Assembly (NCBI GenBank): GCA_963664405.1
Contig: OY761158.1
Coordinates: forward strand, 3,712,001-3,776,000
DNA: 64,000 nt
Direction of reading: 5' to 3'
DNA from: Thermoanaerobaculia bacterium
GTDB taxonomy: Bacteria; Acidobacteriota; Thermoanaerobaculia; Multivoradales; Multivoraceae
The notes below the pieces were generated by a model. That model worked only from the letters and a program-made list of their open reading frames with translations, was not told the origin of the DNA and did no database searches. The translations under genes were made by a program, and so were the position numbers. Positions 42,707 through 51,726 of the stretch are shown in pieces. Each line of letters begins with the position of its first letter. Position 1 is the stretch's first letter.

Positions 42707-42766
42707 GCCCGAGCGGCTGCCGCACGCAGGCAGCCCCCCGGGAAGAACCCATCACACCCTCGAAAC

Positions 42767-43197
42767 GGCGTTGTTGCACGGTTCGACCGGAGTGAGTCGG
42801 GGCCGCTTTCCCAATCCCTCGCTCAGGACACTACGGCGTAGGACTGCGGCCTGCCGAACTCGGCCATGCGGTTGAGGATGTGACACCCGATCATGGCTTC
42901 TCGCGTCTGCGCCTTGCTGTGCCTCGCCTTCAGGCCGCCTCCGAGCAGCGACTTGTATCGGAAGAACCCGTTCTCCACGCGCGCCTGCCGTCGATAGCCC
43001 GACTCCTTCTGCCTCTCTCTTCGTCCGATGTTGTGGATCCTCTGAAGAGCCGCTTCTCGCTGCGCCCACGGGCCGGCTGTCGGACCGGTGGACACCGCCG
43101 AGCGGCGAGGTGGGATCACGATCTTGAGGTCCTCTGTACCGGCCGCCCCGACCCGCCGGTCAGCGGACGAGTTTTGAGGAGCCACAGGTAGCCCGTC
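42767..43197 (-). mobile_element. IS5-family (IS903 group) remnant: one terminal IR and transposase C-terminus
   Basis: GGCGTTGTTGCA end; SGYRRQARVENGFFRYK..LNRM..GRP. Confidence 0.8.
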
Positions 43198-43200
43198 GTT

Positions 43201-44763
43201 TCAGGTCCTTCGCGAAAGGCCAGATCTGGAAGCCGAATGACCGACAGCGACGAGGAACATCACGCTTTTCCCCTGCGCGTGCGGAGAGAAGAATCCGACG
43301 ACCTCCTCATCGAGGAAGGTGAGGCCGGTAGCGCCGAAGCGTTGGGAATACGCCGCCAGATACATCCGTCCTCCTCGGATACCGCCCTCGAGCTGAGCAG
43401 CGCGATAGCCACGATTGCCCCACGTCTTCAAGACCCGGTTCAGATCGGTGAGGCAGTAGATATTTGCCGCGGCGTCCGCGGGCAGCTCTTGAAACAATCC
43501 GAGTCTTCCCGCCACGTTGCGAAAGTCGCCTTCCCGCAGTAGCTCCAGCGAGCTGGCCTCGTGTTGGTAGTAGTAGGCACCCGGCGGCAAACGCTCTACG
43601 GCATGCACGATCAGGTAGAAATCGATGAGCGGCTCATTCCCGCACGCTAGGAAGTCGGCGGCAAGCTCGCCGCCGGCCCTATCGAGAAGGGTGGCAAGCT
43701 GCTCAAGCGAGATCGAGGCCTCTCGTTCGAAGGCCCGCGTCGAGCCACGGCGTTGGATCACGGCCTCGATCGACTCGGACGGAACCTCCTGGTTCGCCAG
43801 GGGCTTGAGCGAGAACACGCGCCTTTCTACTGTTGGCGGTCTGGGATCCCGGGCCGTCTGGCGCCAAGCCGCGGCCTCGGCACCCGACTCGAGCGAGGAT
43901 GCCGCATGCATCTGACGAATAGCAGGGTAATCGACTTCGGTTGGCGAGAGCGGAGCCGTTTCGAAGTGAATCTCGGGAACGTCGCGAACCGAAGGCGCGT
44001 CGGCTTCGCTCCATCCTAGGGGCACAAACGTGAGGGCTCCCTCCCTCTTCGGGTCGAGCCCCAGCAGATGTTCCACCGGGCGGTCTGCGAAGCCCATCAC
44101 AGCTCGTGGTGCGAGACCCTCTGCCCCTGCTACAGCCAGAAGGTTCGCGTGGAGGGTACCGGCGTCCCAGAAACAGTGGCGGTAGGCTCTGGCTTGATAC
44201 TTCCAGGAATTGCGCCAATAGGTAGACACGGACACCAGGATCGCCGGTGCATGTGCAAGCGCCGGCTCCTGACCACCGGCATCGATGAGAATGGCGCGGT
44301 GATCGCCCTCTCTCAGCCGCCGCAGGGCGAAGTCATGCGGTCCGAAATGGTAGACGCCGGCGGGCAGGTCGGGAAGATCTCCGCAGACGAGATAGAGATC
44401 GATGTGATAGAGGGCACCGGTGTTGGGGTGGGCCCGGAAGGAAATCACGCCACCGGGGTAGGGCTTCTGCTTGGTAATGCCAGCCGAGAAGTAGAGAACT
44501 CGGGAAAGCGCGCAAAGATCAGGAATCTTCTCCGGACTGTTTTCCCGGATCGACCCTTCGGGGTTGGAGATCGCTTCGAGCGCGGGTACCTCGAGCGTTG
44601 AGCGTTCCCGCACGAGGGGAATAGGCTGGAGGGTGGTATAGATCTTGAGCGGCCGCGGCTGGTTTTCGAAGTCCAGGTAGTGAGGGTTCTTCCGAAGCCG
44701 TTGCTCACTATGCTGAGTCGCCTCGTGATACGAGCGCGCGGCCTCGATGTCTCGGTTGCGCAT
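43201..44763 (-). CDS. SagB/ThcOx-family dehydrogenase (tandem nitroreductase domains)
   Basis: YHEAT, NTGALY, SWKYQARAYRH..DAG, RRGSTR, RGYRAAQLEGG. Confidence 0.88.
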   Translation of the reverse strand: MRNRDIEAARSYHEATQHSEQRLRKNPHYLDFENQPRPLKIYTTLQPIPLVRERSTLEVPALEAISNPEGSIRENSPEKIPDLCALSRVLYFSAGITKQKPYPGGVISFRAHPNTGALYHIDLYLVCGDLPDLPAGVYHFGPHDFALRRLREGDHRAILIDAGGQEPALAHAPAILVSVSTYWRNSWKYQARAYRHCFWDAGTLHANLLAVAGAEGLAPRAVMGFADRPVEHLLGLDPKREGALTFVPLGWSEADAPSVRDVPEIHFETAPLSPTEVDYPAIRQMHAASSLESGAEAAAWRQTARDPRPPTVERRVFSLKPLANQEVPSESIEAVIQRRGSTRAFEREASISLEQLATLLDRAGGELAADFLACGNEPLIDFYLIVHAVERLPPGAYYYQHEASSLELLREGDFRNVAGRLGLFQELPADAAANIYCLTDLNRVLKTWGNRGYRAAQLEGGIRGGRMYLAAYSQRFGATGLTFLDEEVVGFFSPHAQGKSVMFLVAVGHSASRSGLSRRT

Positions 44764-44825
44764 CGGAGGAGTGCTCAGGGGCCCGCGGCATTTCTCGAGT
44801 TGGGCTGGAGCGAAGTTCCCCGGTT

Positions 44826-45137
44826 CTAGGGGATCTCAACTTGGATGTCGTCTCCGTCCACTCTCACCTCGTAGCATGCCACCTCCTGTGGCGCGGGAGG
44901 GCTGAGGTTTTTCCCGGTGCACACGTCAAAACTCGCTCCGTGCCAAGGACAGGTGACGGTTGTCCCTTCGAGTGAGCCTTCGGACAGGGGACCCCCCCTG
45001 TGCGTACATGTGTCGCCGATGGCGTAGAGAACCCCATCCACGTTGAAAAGCGCGATCGTTTGCTCCCCCACCTCAACAGCCTTGCCCTGTCCAGGGGCAA
45101 GGTCGTTCGCTTCTGCTACCTTGTAAAAAGTTCCCAT
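44826..45137 (-). CDS. Rieske [2Fe-2S] ferredoxin
   Basis: CTH..CPWH. Confidence 0.92.
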   Translation of the reverse strand: MGTFYKVAEANDLAPGQGKAVEVGEQTIALFNVDGVLYAIGDTCTHRGGPLSEGSLEGTTVTCPWHGASFDVCTGKNLSPPAPQEVACYEVRVDGDDIQVEIP

Positions 45138-45276
45138 AGAAAACCTCCCTGAGAGCGAGTGGTAACCTACACTATCGATGGTGTTTCTAGCCTGGTCGGC
45201 TCCGGAAGACCCCGATCGCCTTGACCCCGTGTTCTAGGTCCTGGAGGGGATTCCCGTTGAGAGCCATTCCGATGGC

Positions 45277-45528
45277 TCATGGAGCTTCGATGTCGAAGGC
45301 TACGTAGTTCTTGGCGATCCAGGACTGCCACTTTTCGGGAACGTCCTCCTCGGTGACGATGGCTTCCACTGGGCAGGCATCGATGCAGAGTCCGCAGTCG
45401 ATGCACTCTTCCGGGTGGATGAGCAGCGTATCCCACTCGTCCTTGTCGTAGATGCAATCCACCGGGCAGACCTCGACACAGGCCGTATCTTTGACGCCGA
45501 CGCAGGGCTCCATAATGATGTGAGTCAA
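45277..45528 (-). CDS. 7Fe ([3Fe-4S][4Fe-4S]) ferredoxin
   Basis: CVGVKDTACVEVCPVDCI, CIDCGLCIDACP. Confidence 0.92.
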   Translation of the reverse strand: MTHIIMEPCVGVKDTACVEVCPVDCIYDKDEWDTLLIHPEECIDCGLCIDACPVEAIVTEEDVPEKWQSWIAKNYVAFDIEAP

Positions 45529-45599
45529 ATCGAATCTCCTTTATCCTTTCTCACTGCCTAAAAGAAGGGCTGAAACACCTCTCCCTCCTCTCGCAGGTC

Positions 45600-46286
45600 T
45601 CAGTGGCTCTTGGACGAGGACGATGTGTTCGAGCGCCGTACGGCTGGCGAAAACGTCACCGCGTACGTACAGGTCGCGTCGCCGTCCGGCATGAAGGCCT
45701 TCCGCTCCAAGCGGGCACCTAGAAGATCACTCAGCAACGCACTCTCTGCCTGGCAGGGGAGCTTGCAAACATCAACTAGGCCACAGAGCGGACAGTGGTA
45801 TATGCGGAGTCGGGGGGGGCCTGTTTGACCGCCCGCTACGTCAGCCAGGAATCCTTGATCCGTGAGAATCTCGGCGACCGCCTCCAACCTGTCGCTGGGG
45901 TCAAGGTCGCGAACTTGTGCCTGCAGGTCTTCGCGCTGACTCGCACCCCACGCCTCGAAGAACTCCACCAAGAGACCCTGGTGGCCGTTCCCGATCAAAT
46001 AGGAGACGAGCTCTCTAAGCAGCTTTCGCTCCCGTTGAGGAAAGAGCTCTTCGCCCAGAGCGCTCAGCCCGTATTGAACTTCGGGTCGGCCGGCACCGCT
46101 TCGCCTCACGCCCCTCCGCACGACTAGACCGAGGCCCTTCAGGGTCTTTAGATGGTCGCGCATCGTCTCCCGAGCGAGAACAATCTCTTCCCCAAGCTCG
46201 GATAGAGTGGCTTTCCCCTTGAGCTTAAGGCTCTCCAGAAGCAGCCGCTGGCTTTCTCCCAGTCCTGGGCCAAAGAACGAGCTCAT
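45600..46286 (-). CDS. SufR-like HTH transcription regulator with C-terminal Cys motif
   Basis: HTH with GRPEVQY; HC-x12-C and a distal CTY. Confidence 0.8.
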   Translation of the reverse strand: MSSFFGPGLGESQRLLLESLKLKGKATLSELGEEIVLARETMRDHLKTLKGLGLVVRRGVRRSGAGRPEVQYGLSALGEELFPQRERKLLRELVSYLIGNGHQGLLVEFFEAWGASQREDLQAQVRDLDPSDRLEAVAEILTDQGFLADVAGGQTGPPRLRIYHCPLCGLVDVCKLPCQAESALLSDLLGARLERKAFMPDGDATCTYAVTFSPAVRRSNTSSSSKSH

Positions 46287-46293
46287 ACCGCCT

Positions 46294-46322
46294 AGCCTAG
46301 GTAGGCGAAGTGACGATGTCAA
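46294..46322 (-). promoter_or_regulatory. Sigma70 promoter for a probably leaderless sufR-like mRNA
   Basis: TTGACA-N17-TAGGCT, 7 nt before ATG 46286. Confidence 0.65.
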
Positions 46323-46456
46323 GATAAAAGTGGATGAAAGCACTAAAATCGCTAAAATTCTGTTATTCTAGCCGGGCTGCGATGCCACCAGCCAGGCAGG
46401 ACTAAAAGGCCACCACCTTGACACTAGAGCAGCACGTCTCGAAAAAGAGCAGTGGC

Positions 46457-46813
46457 ATGACCAATTTGACCCAGGAAAAGTGCGTTGCCTGCCGGCGGGA
46501 TGCTCCTAAGGTCAGTGAGTCGGAAGCCTCGCAGCTCAAACCCCAGATTCCGGAATGGGTGCTCGTTTCGCCGGATGGGGTTCCGCGTCTCGAGCGCGAG
46601 TTTCGCTTTGCGGACTTCTCTCAGGCACTCGCCTTTACGGTGAAAGTCGGTGAGCTCGCCGAGGGCGAGGGCCACCACCCGGCGCTCCTAACCGAATGGG
46701 GTCGAGTCACCGTGAGCTGGTGGACACACAAGATCCTTGGATTGCACCGCAATGACTTCATCATGGCCTCGAAGACAGACCTCCTCTTCGAGGGTCTTCG
46801 GCCCGCTGAGTAG
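46457..46813 (+). CDS. Pterin-4-alpha-carbinolamine dehydratase
   Basis: [22 protein letters not shown]. Confidence 0.92.
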   Translation: MTNLTQEKCVACRRDAPKVSESEASQLKPQIPEWVLVSPDGVPRLEREFRFADFSQALAFTVKVGELAEGEGHHPALLTEWGRVTVSWWTHKILGLHRNDFIMASKTDLLFEGLRPAE

Positions 46814-46909
46814 CGAAAAAGGGTGGGGCTTCATCGGACGGGGAACAACGAAGCATGAATGGAGATGCATTGACGGCCCAGGGACAACGCGCCCTGGACT
46901 GGAAGTGAT

Positions 46910-47413
46910 ATGCCGAACGAACCGGCTTTCCTGACCAGCCGACTTCAGGAGGCCATTGGCTGGGCTCGGAAGTTCTCGATCTTCCAATACCCGTTCGTGA
47001 CTGCGTGCTGCGGGATGGAGTACATGGCAACGGCCTGCTCTCACTACGACGTTGACCGCTTTGGAGCCGGCCTCCCCAGATTCTCGCCGCGCCAGGCCGA
47101 CGTGCTCTTCGTGGTGGGTACGATCAGTCACAAGCTGGCGCCGGTCTTGGTACGCATCCATGAGCAGATGGCCGACCCCAAGTGGGTAGTCGCCTTCGGC
47201 GTCTGCACGTGTACGGGCGGTTTCTATGACAACTACGCGACGGTGATGGGCATCGACACGATCATGCCGGTGGACGTCTACATACCGGGATGCCCACCGC
47301 GGCCGGAGATGGTGCTCGACGGCCTGATGAAGCTCCAGGACAAGATCCAAGACCAGCACGCGACCGGCAAGAGGCCCGCAGCTGAGAGCCGCCCAGAAAT
47401 CCTCGAGGCATGA
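46910..47413 (+). CDS. nuoB: NADH-quinone oxidoreductase subunit B
   Basis: TACCGME, SPRQAD, DVYIPGCPPRPE. Confidence 0.93.
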   Translation: MPNEPAFLTSRLQEAIGWARKFSIFQYPFVTACCGMEYMATACSHYDVDRFGAGLPRFSPRQADVLFVVGTISHKLAPVLVRIHEQMADPKWVVAFGVCTCTGGFYDNYATVMGIDTIMPVDVYIPGCPPRPEMVLDGLMKLQDKIQDQHATGKRPAAESRPEILEA

Positions 47414-47607
47414 ACAACTCCTCGTTGATCGACACCGTCAGCAAGCGTTTTCCCGATGCCGTGACGGCTTCCCACACCTACCGGGGCGACGCCACCGTGG
47501 TTCTCCAGCCGGAGTCCCTGCTCGAGGTTGCGCGGTTCCTCGAGGGAGACCCGTGCCTCGGCATGCGGCCTGCGCCAGAGCTTGTGGAGACGAGGTCTGC
47601 CTTATGA
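47410..47607 (+). pseudogene. nuoC: Truncated NuoC N-terminal fragment
   Basis: RGDATVV..LLEVARFL..DP then loss of similarity; ATGA-coupled to nuoB. Confidence 0.7.
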
Positions 47608-47619
47608 GGAGAGATTTGC

Positions 47620-48831
47620 ATGGCATCGCTTAACGTTTTGTCGCAACCGAGTACGAAGCCCAAACGTCCCACCGGGCGACTGTCGGCGATCGATAACCTC
47701 GTCGCGGTGGCCAGCGGAAAAGGGGGTGTTGGAAAGTCGACCGTTGCGGTCAATCTGGCCTTGGCCATGCGCGAATTGAGTTTGCGCGTCGGTATTGTGG
47801 ATGCCGACATTTTGGGGCCCAGTGTGCCCACGATGCTCGGCCTACCGGCAGGACAACCGCCGTCGTCTGGCGATGGCCAAACCTTGATTCCTCCCGAGGC
47901 TCATGGCGTAAAGGCCATCTCGATGGGGATGTTCACCGGCCACGACCAGCCAGCCATTTTGCGGGGCCCTATGGTCTCCAAGTACATTCAGCTCTTCTTC
48001 GAAGGTGTTACATGGGGCGAACTGGATTGTCTGCTCATCGATCTCCCGCCCGGTACGGGAGATACTCAGCTCACTCTCGCGCAGCAGATCCCCCTGTCGG
48101 GCGCCATTATCGTCACGACACCGCAAGACGTCAGTCTCAACATCGCTCGCCGCGGGTTGCGGATGTTTCAGACAGTCAATGTTCCCATCCTTGGAATCGT
48201 TGAGAACATGAGCGGCTTCGTCTGTCCTCACTGCGACAAGACAACGGATGTGTTTCGGTCCGGTGGTGGGCTTAGAATGGGGCACGAACTGGGTGTGCCT
48301 TTCTTGGGCGCGGTTCCCCTGGATGCCGAGATTGTTCTCAGCGGGGATCAGGGCGTCCCGATCGTCGTTTCAAAGCCCAAGTCTCGGGCGTACGACGCAT
48401 ACATCGATATAGCAACCACTCTCATTACCCAGCTCGGGGCCAATCCAAAGCCGGCGCTTCGGCCCTTCGTGTGGAACTGGTCGACTGGCCAAGACGCGCC
48501 GAAGTGGTTGAAGGAAGCGGCCCAGAAAGGCGGCGATCCGAACACCCCCATCGGGTTGCGGAGAAAAGACGCCAAGACACTGGAGATTCTCTGGAGCGAC
48601 GGAGCCCTCCACGAGTACAACGCTCGCAATCTGCGGCTGGCCTGTCCGTGCGCCCAGTGCGTCGAGGAGATGACTGGACGCAAGGTTCTCGATCCCGAAA
48701 CGGTGAAGGAAGACATCGAACCCCGCGTCATTTCGAGCGTAGGGCGCTACGCCATCACGATTCAGTGGACCGACGGTCACAGCACCGGTATTTACCATTT
48801 CGAACGGCTGCGCGAAAAGGTGGGCCCATGA
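47620..48831 (+). CDS. mrp: Mrp/NBP35 Fe-S carrier ATPase fused to C-terminal DUF971
   Basis: SGKGGVGKST, DLPPGTGD, ENMS..CPHC; LRLACPCAQC..VGRYA..WTDGHSTGIY. Confidence 0.9.
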   Translation: MASLNVLSQPSTKPKRPTGRLSAIDNLVAVASGKGGVGKSTVAVNLALAMRELSLRVGIVDADILGPSVPTMLGLPAGQPPSSGDGQTLIPPEAHGVKAISMGMFTGHDQPAILRGPMVSKYIQLFFEGVTWGELDCLLIDLPPGTGDTQLTLAQQIPLSGAIIVTTPQDVSLNIARRGLRMFQTVNVPILGIVENMSGFVCPHCDKTTDVFRSGGGLRMGHELGVPFLGAVPLDAEIVLSGDQGVPIVVSKPKSRAYDAYIDIATTLITQLGANPKPALRPFVWNWSTGQDAPKWLKEAAQKGGDPNTPIGLRRKDAKTLEILWSDGALHEYNARNLRLACPCAQCVEEMTGRKVLDPETVKEDIEPRVISSVGRYAITIQWTDGHSTGIYHFERLREKVGP

Positions 48832-49245
48832 CGACCGCCACGCTGCACAGCGACCCGTTCACCATGCCAAGACTCGTCCTCTTTGCTCATGACCGCGGAG
48901 ACTTACCGGGTGTCAAGGAACACCATCTCTGACGACCTTAGTGAACAGCTACTTTGATGACCTGTGCCTCCTCAAAAACCGTCCGCGTTGGGATCATTGG
49001 ACTTAGCGCATTGGCGCAGTCCTACCAGCTGCTGATGTCGAAGTTGGCCAGGCGCGTTCGCGATGAGGCCTCCCCAGGGGACACAAGACTCTACCCGGGA
49101 GGTAGCGCTTCTCTCGAACCGCGACGGGGGACGAGTTTAGGACCCAGCTAGCCGCGGGGACCATTTCAGCCGTAAATCGTTGAATCCACGGGCGGACGTA
49201 TTCTGAGGAGTGACAACTTTGGGCTTAAGTGTAATGGGTTGAGGC

Positions 49246-49322
49246 TGGTGCGCCCGACAGGATTCGAACCTGTGACCTACGGCTCCGGAGGCCGTCACTC
49301 TATCCAGCTGAGCTACGGGCGC
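49246..49322 (-). tRNA. tRNA-Arg(CCG)
   Basis: GCGCCCGTAGCTCAGCTGGATAGAG..CTCCGGA..GGTTCGAATCC..CCA. Confidence 0.95.
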
Positions 49323-49337
49323 ATTCAAAGATGAAAT

Positions 49338-49414
49338 TGGGGTGAGCGAAGGGATTTGAACCCTCGACCACCGGAACCACAATCCGGCGCTCTACCGACT
49401 GAGCTACGCTCACC
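49338..49414 (-). tRNA. tRNA-His(GTG)
   Basis: G-1 present; anticodon loop TTGTGGT; CCA end. Confidence 0.95.
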
Positions 49415-49427
49415 AAACGCTGACTTC

Positions 49428-49504
49428 TGGCCTGCCTGGAGGGATTCGAACCCCCGACCCGCGGCTTAGAAGGCCGCCGCTCTATCCAACTGAGCTACAG
49501 GCAG
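49428..49504 (-). tRNA. tRNA-Arg(TCT)
   Basis: GCGGC-CTTCTAA-GCCGC anticodon arm; CCA end. Confidence 0.95.
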
Positions 49505-49582
49505 CTCAAGCAGTGGACTCTAACATCGAAGAGTCCCCAAGAAGTAGGACATCGCGCCGGAGAAGTAGGCTCCGGGCAAATA

Positions 49583-49656
49583 TCGGGGCGCCCAGATTTG
49601 AACTGAGGACCCCCTGCGCCCAAGGCAGGTGCGCTACCAGACTGCGCCACGCCCCG
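49583..49656 (-). tRNA. tRNA-Pro(TGG)
   Basis: CGGGGCGTGGCGCAG..CCTGC-CTTGGGC-GCAGG; CCA not encoded. Confidence 0.93.
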
Positions 49657-49674
49657 AAAAGAGCCAGAAGCGGC

Positions 49675-49704
49675 AGTGTAAGGTACGTTCCCGACGGCTG
49701 TCAA
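49675..49704 (-). promoter_or_regulatory. Sigma70 promoter of the tRNA cluster
   Basis: TTGACA-N18-TACACT. Confidence 0.7.
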
Positions 49705-49714
49705 TCATGCGCAA

Positions 49715-50776
49715 GTGATGGAGGATCGAGCAGTCAACTCGAGCGCGATGCCGCGTTTGAGCCGCTCCCTGTTGACCCCAGGACCTCTGGCGCCGCTGTC
49801 TCATTTCGGCGGCACTCTGCTTCGCCATGTGGTCGCTACCGGCCTGCGTTACTCCTTTTACCAGTTGGGGTTAGCGATTCCCGAAGCGGCGCCGGTGCGC
49901 TTTGTGCGACTGCGACTCTTTCTCGACGCCGAGCCACTCCATGAGCTCGTTCATGGCCAGCCCGGCGGGGAAGAAGTGCTCGGCGCTGTACTCTCGCCCG
50001 GAGGCGTCGGCGAGGAGGAGGACGGTGCCGGAAGGCTGAAGGCCGCGTTGGGCTTTCATCGTCTACGTCAACGACTTCTGGGCGCCAGGGGCCGATCTCG
50101 ACAACGACGCCTGCCTGGCCCCGGATCTGGACGGGCTCCGGGCCCGGAGTCCCGCGCGGAGCTGTGGGGTCTCGTTCGCGAAGAGCTCGATCTGCGTCTG
50201 CCCTACCTCTGCGACATCATCCTTGCGGAAGTGATGGAGAGCCAGCGTCGTCGTCGGCTGCGCCGTCGCGGTCGGGAGCTCCCACGCGTCCTCGGACCGC
50301 AGGCCCGGCGCTTGATCCAGGGCGGCACGGCCAAGCTATCGAGCCTCGGGCCCCCCGACCCTCTTGCTCCGTCATGGGCTGAAAATGGGCTAGACCCCGG
50401 CGAAATGAAGAGCGGTCTGGCGGAAGGTCAGCAGACCGTCGCCGGCGGTCGACGAGGGGCCTTCCGGGAGGAGTACCGGCAGCTCCTCTCCGAGCTGCGG
50501 CCGATTCTTCTCGACCTCGGCCGACTCTGCGTCGAGGATGGGCTCCTCGATCTGGCCGACGGTGTTTTCTTCATCCCCTTCGACCTTGGCGATGCGCTGA
50601 CCTCGACCACAGCCGCGGCCTGGCTCGGCCCTGCGATCGCCGCCAATCGTCGCGAGCGAGAGGCTCTACTTCCAGAGCCTGAGCATCGCGACGAGCTTCG
50701 TGTCTCCGCCGCCCTTGCGGATCTCGACGACTTGTCCTCCCAGTGGCAGATCGCACCTCTTCTGCCGCTCAACTAG
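49715..50776 (+). CDS. Hypothetical protein, weak resemblance to the helical region of PEP-utilizer/rifampin phosphotransferase proteins
   Basis: PSWAE and LRPILLDLGRLCVEDGLL..DGVFFI motifs; no catalytic His domain. Confidence 0.5.
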   Translation: MMEDRAVNSSAMPRLSRSLLTPGPLAPLSHFGGTLLRHVVATGLRYSFYQLGLAIPEAAPVRFVRLRLFLDAEPLHELVHGQPGGEEVLGAVLSPGGVGEEEDGAGRLKAALGFHRLRQRLLGARGRSRQRRLPGPGSGRAPGPESRAELWGLVREELDLRLPYLCDIILAEVMESQRRRRLRRRGRELPRVLGPQARRLIQGGTAKLSSLGPPDPLAPSWAENGLDPGEMKSGLAEGQQTVAGGRRGAFREEYRQLLSELRPILLDLGRLCVEDGLLDLADGVFFIPFDLGDALTSTTAAAWLGPAIAANRREREALLPEPEHRDELRVSAALADLDDLSSQWQIAPLLPLN

Positions 50777-50939
50777 TACATGCGGCCATAAGTACGGGTA
50801 CGTTTCGAGCGACGAAGCGCCTCGCCAGCAAGGCGCGTGACTGAGGCGTACCTGGCAGTACGCCGCAGGGAGCGCAACGCTGCTGGAGAGGATGCAGCGT
50901 CGCTCCAAACGTGTCCGTATTTATGGCCGCGTGTACTAG
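50773..50939. repeat. 167-bp CTAG-bounded long palindromic element
   Basis: CTAGTACATGCGGCCATAAGTACGG..CCGTATTTATGGCCGCGTGTACTAG imperfect hairpin. Confidence 0.8.
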
Positions 50940-51326
50940 TCCTTAAACAAGCGCTTCGCGCTTGTAGTGTTGATGGCTGCGAGAAAGCGCATCCCGTTGG
51001 CTGCGAGCGCAGTTTCCGGGATGGAGTGAGCTGAGGGCTTCGCGACCGCGGGAAAGCTAGGCCTTCTTCAGGAAGGGCGGCATCATCCCGCCGGAACGGC
51101 GGTCCGGGTGCGTGGTCCCGGCGGCGTGTTTGCGGTCGGAAGAGATGCGTGAGTCGGTGTAGGGCTTTGCAGTGCGGGCTCTGCTCTGATAGAGCAGGCC
51201 GACCAGAGACGGCGAGAGCCCGGGAAAGCGAAGTAGAAAACGCCCCGGGCTCTGCCCCAAACCGCAGCATTAGCTGCGCTTGCAGTATGGCAGAGAGTCG
51301 GGGTCGTCGTCGAATGGGAGGCGACG

Positions 51327-51722
51327 ATGCGACCGGACTACCGACTCTTCGACTGTGCTCGATGCCGTCGGCGTATCTCGCTGTGCTCGCACTGTGACCG
51401 TGGCCAGCGTTACTGCCGGGCTTGTGCTCTGGTGGCTCGTCGGGAATCGACTCGGGCGGCCGGCCATCGGTACCAGCGAAGCCTCCGAGGTCGGCATTGT
51501 CATGCCGCCCGTCAGGCCCGCTACCGTCGGCGCCAGCGCGAGCGGGCAGAGAAAGTGACGCATCAGGGTACCCCAGGCGGTACTTCGGGGAGGACACTGT
51601 GTCGGATCGAGACTCCGAGGCGCGAAGTGCGCTACGACCCGAGGAATCCGCGATGCATGCAGTGTGGAGAGGCCTGCCGAGAGTTTGTGCGAACGAGCTT
51701 TCGTCGTTGCCGACGGAGATAG
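51327..51722 (+). CDS. Cys-rich, Arg-rich putative zinc-finger protein (IS21 accessory ORF)
   Basis: CARC, CSHCDRGQRYCRAC, CMQC..C; RBS GGGAGG. Confidence 0.7.
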   Translation: MRPDYRLFDCARCRRRISLCSHCDRGQRYCRACALVARRESTRAAGHRYQRSLRGRHCHAARQARYRRRQRERAEKVTHQGTPGGTSGRTLCRIETPRREVRYDPRNPRCMQCGEACREFVRTSFRRCRRR

Positions 51723-51726
51723 GGGC

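Noticed and set aside
43201-45528. Thiazole/oxazole RiPP cluster around the SagB-like gene
   Set aside because: No YcaO, E1-like protein, transporter or Cys/Ser/Thr-rich precursor nearby.
48828-49151. Short ORFs after mrp
   Set aside because: No recognisable motifs; probably decayed island-edge sequence.
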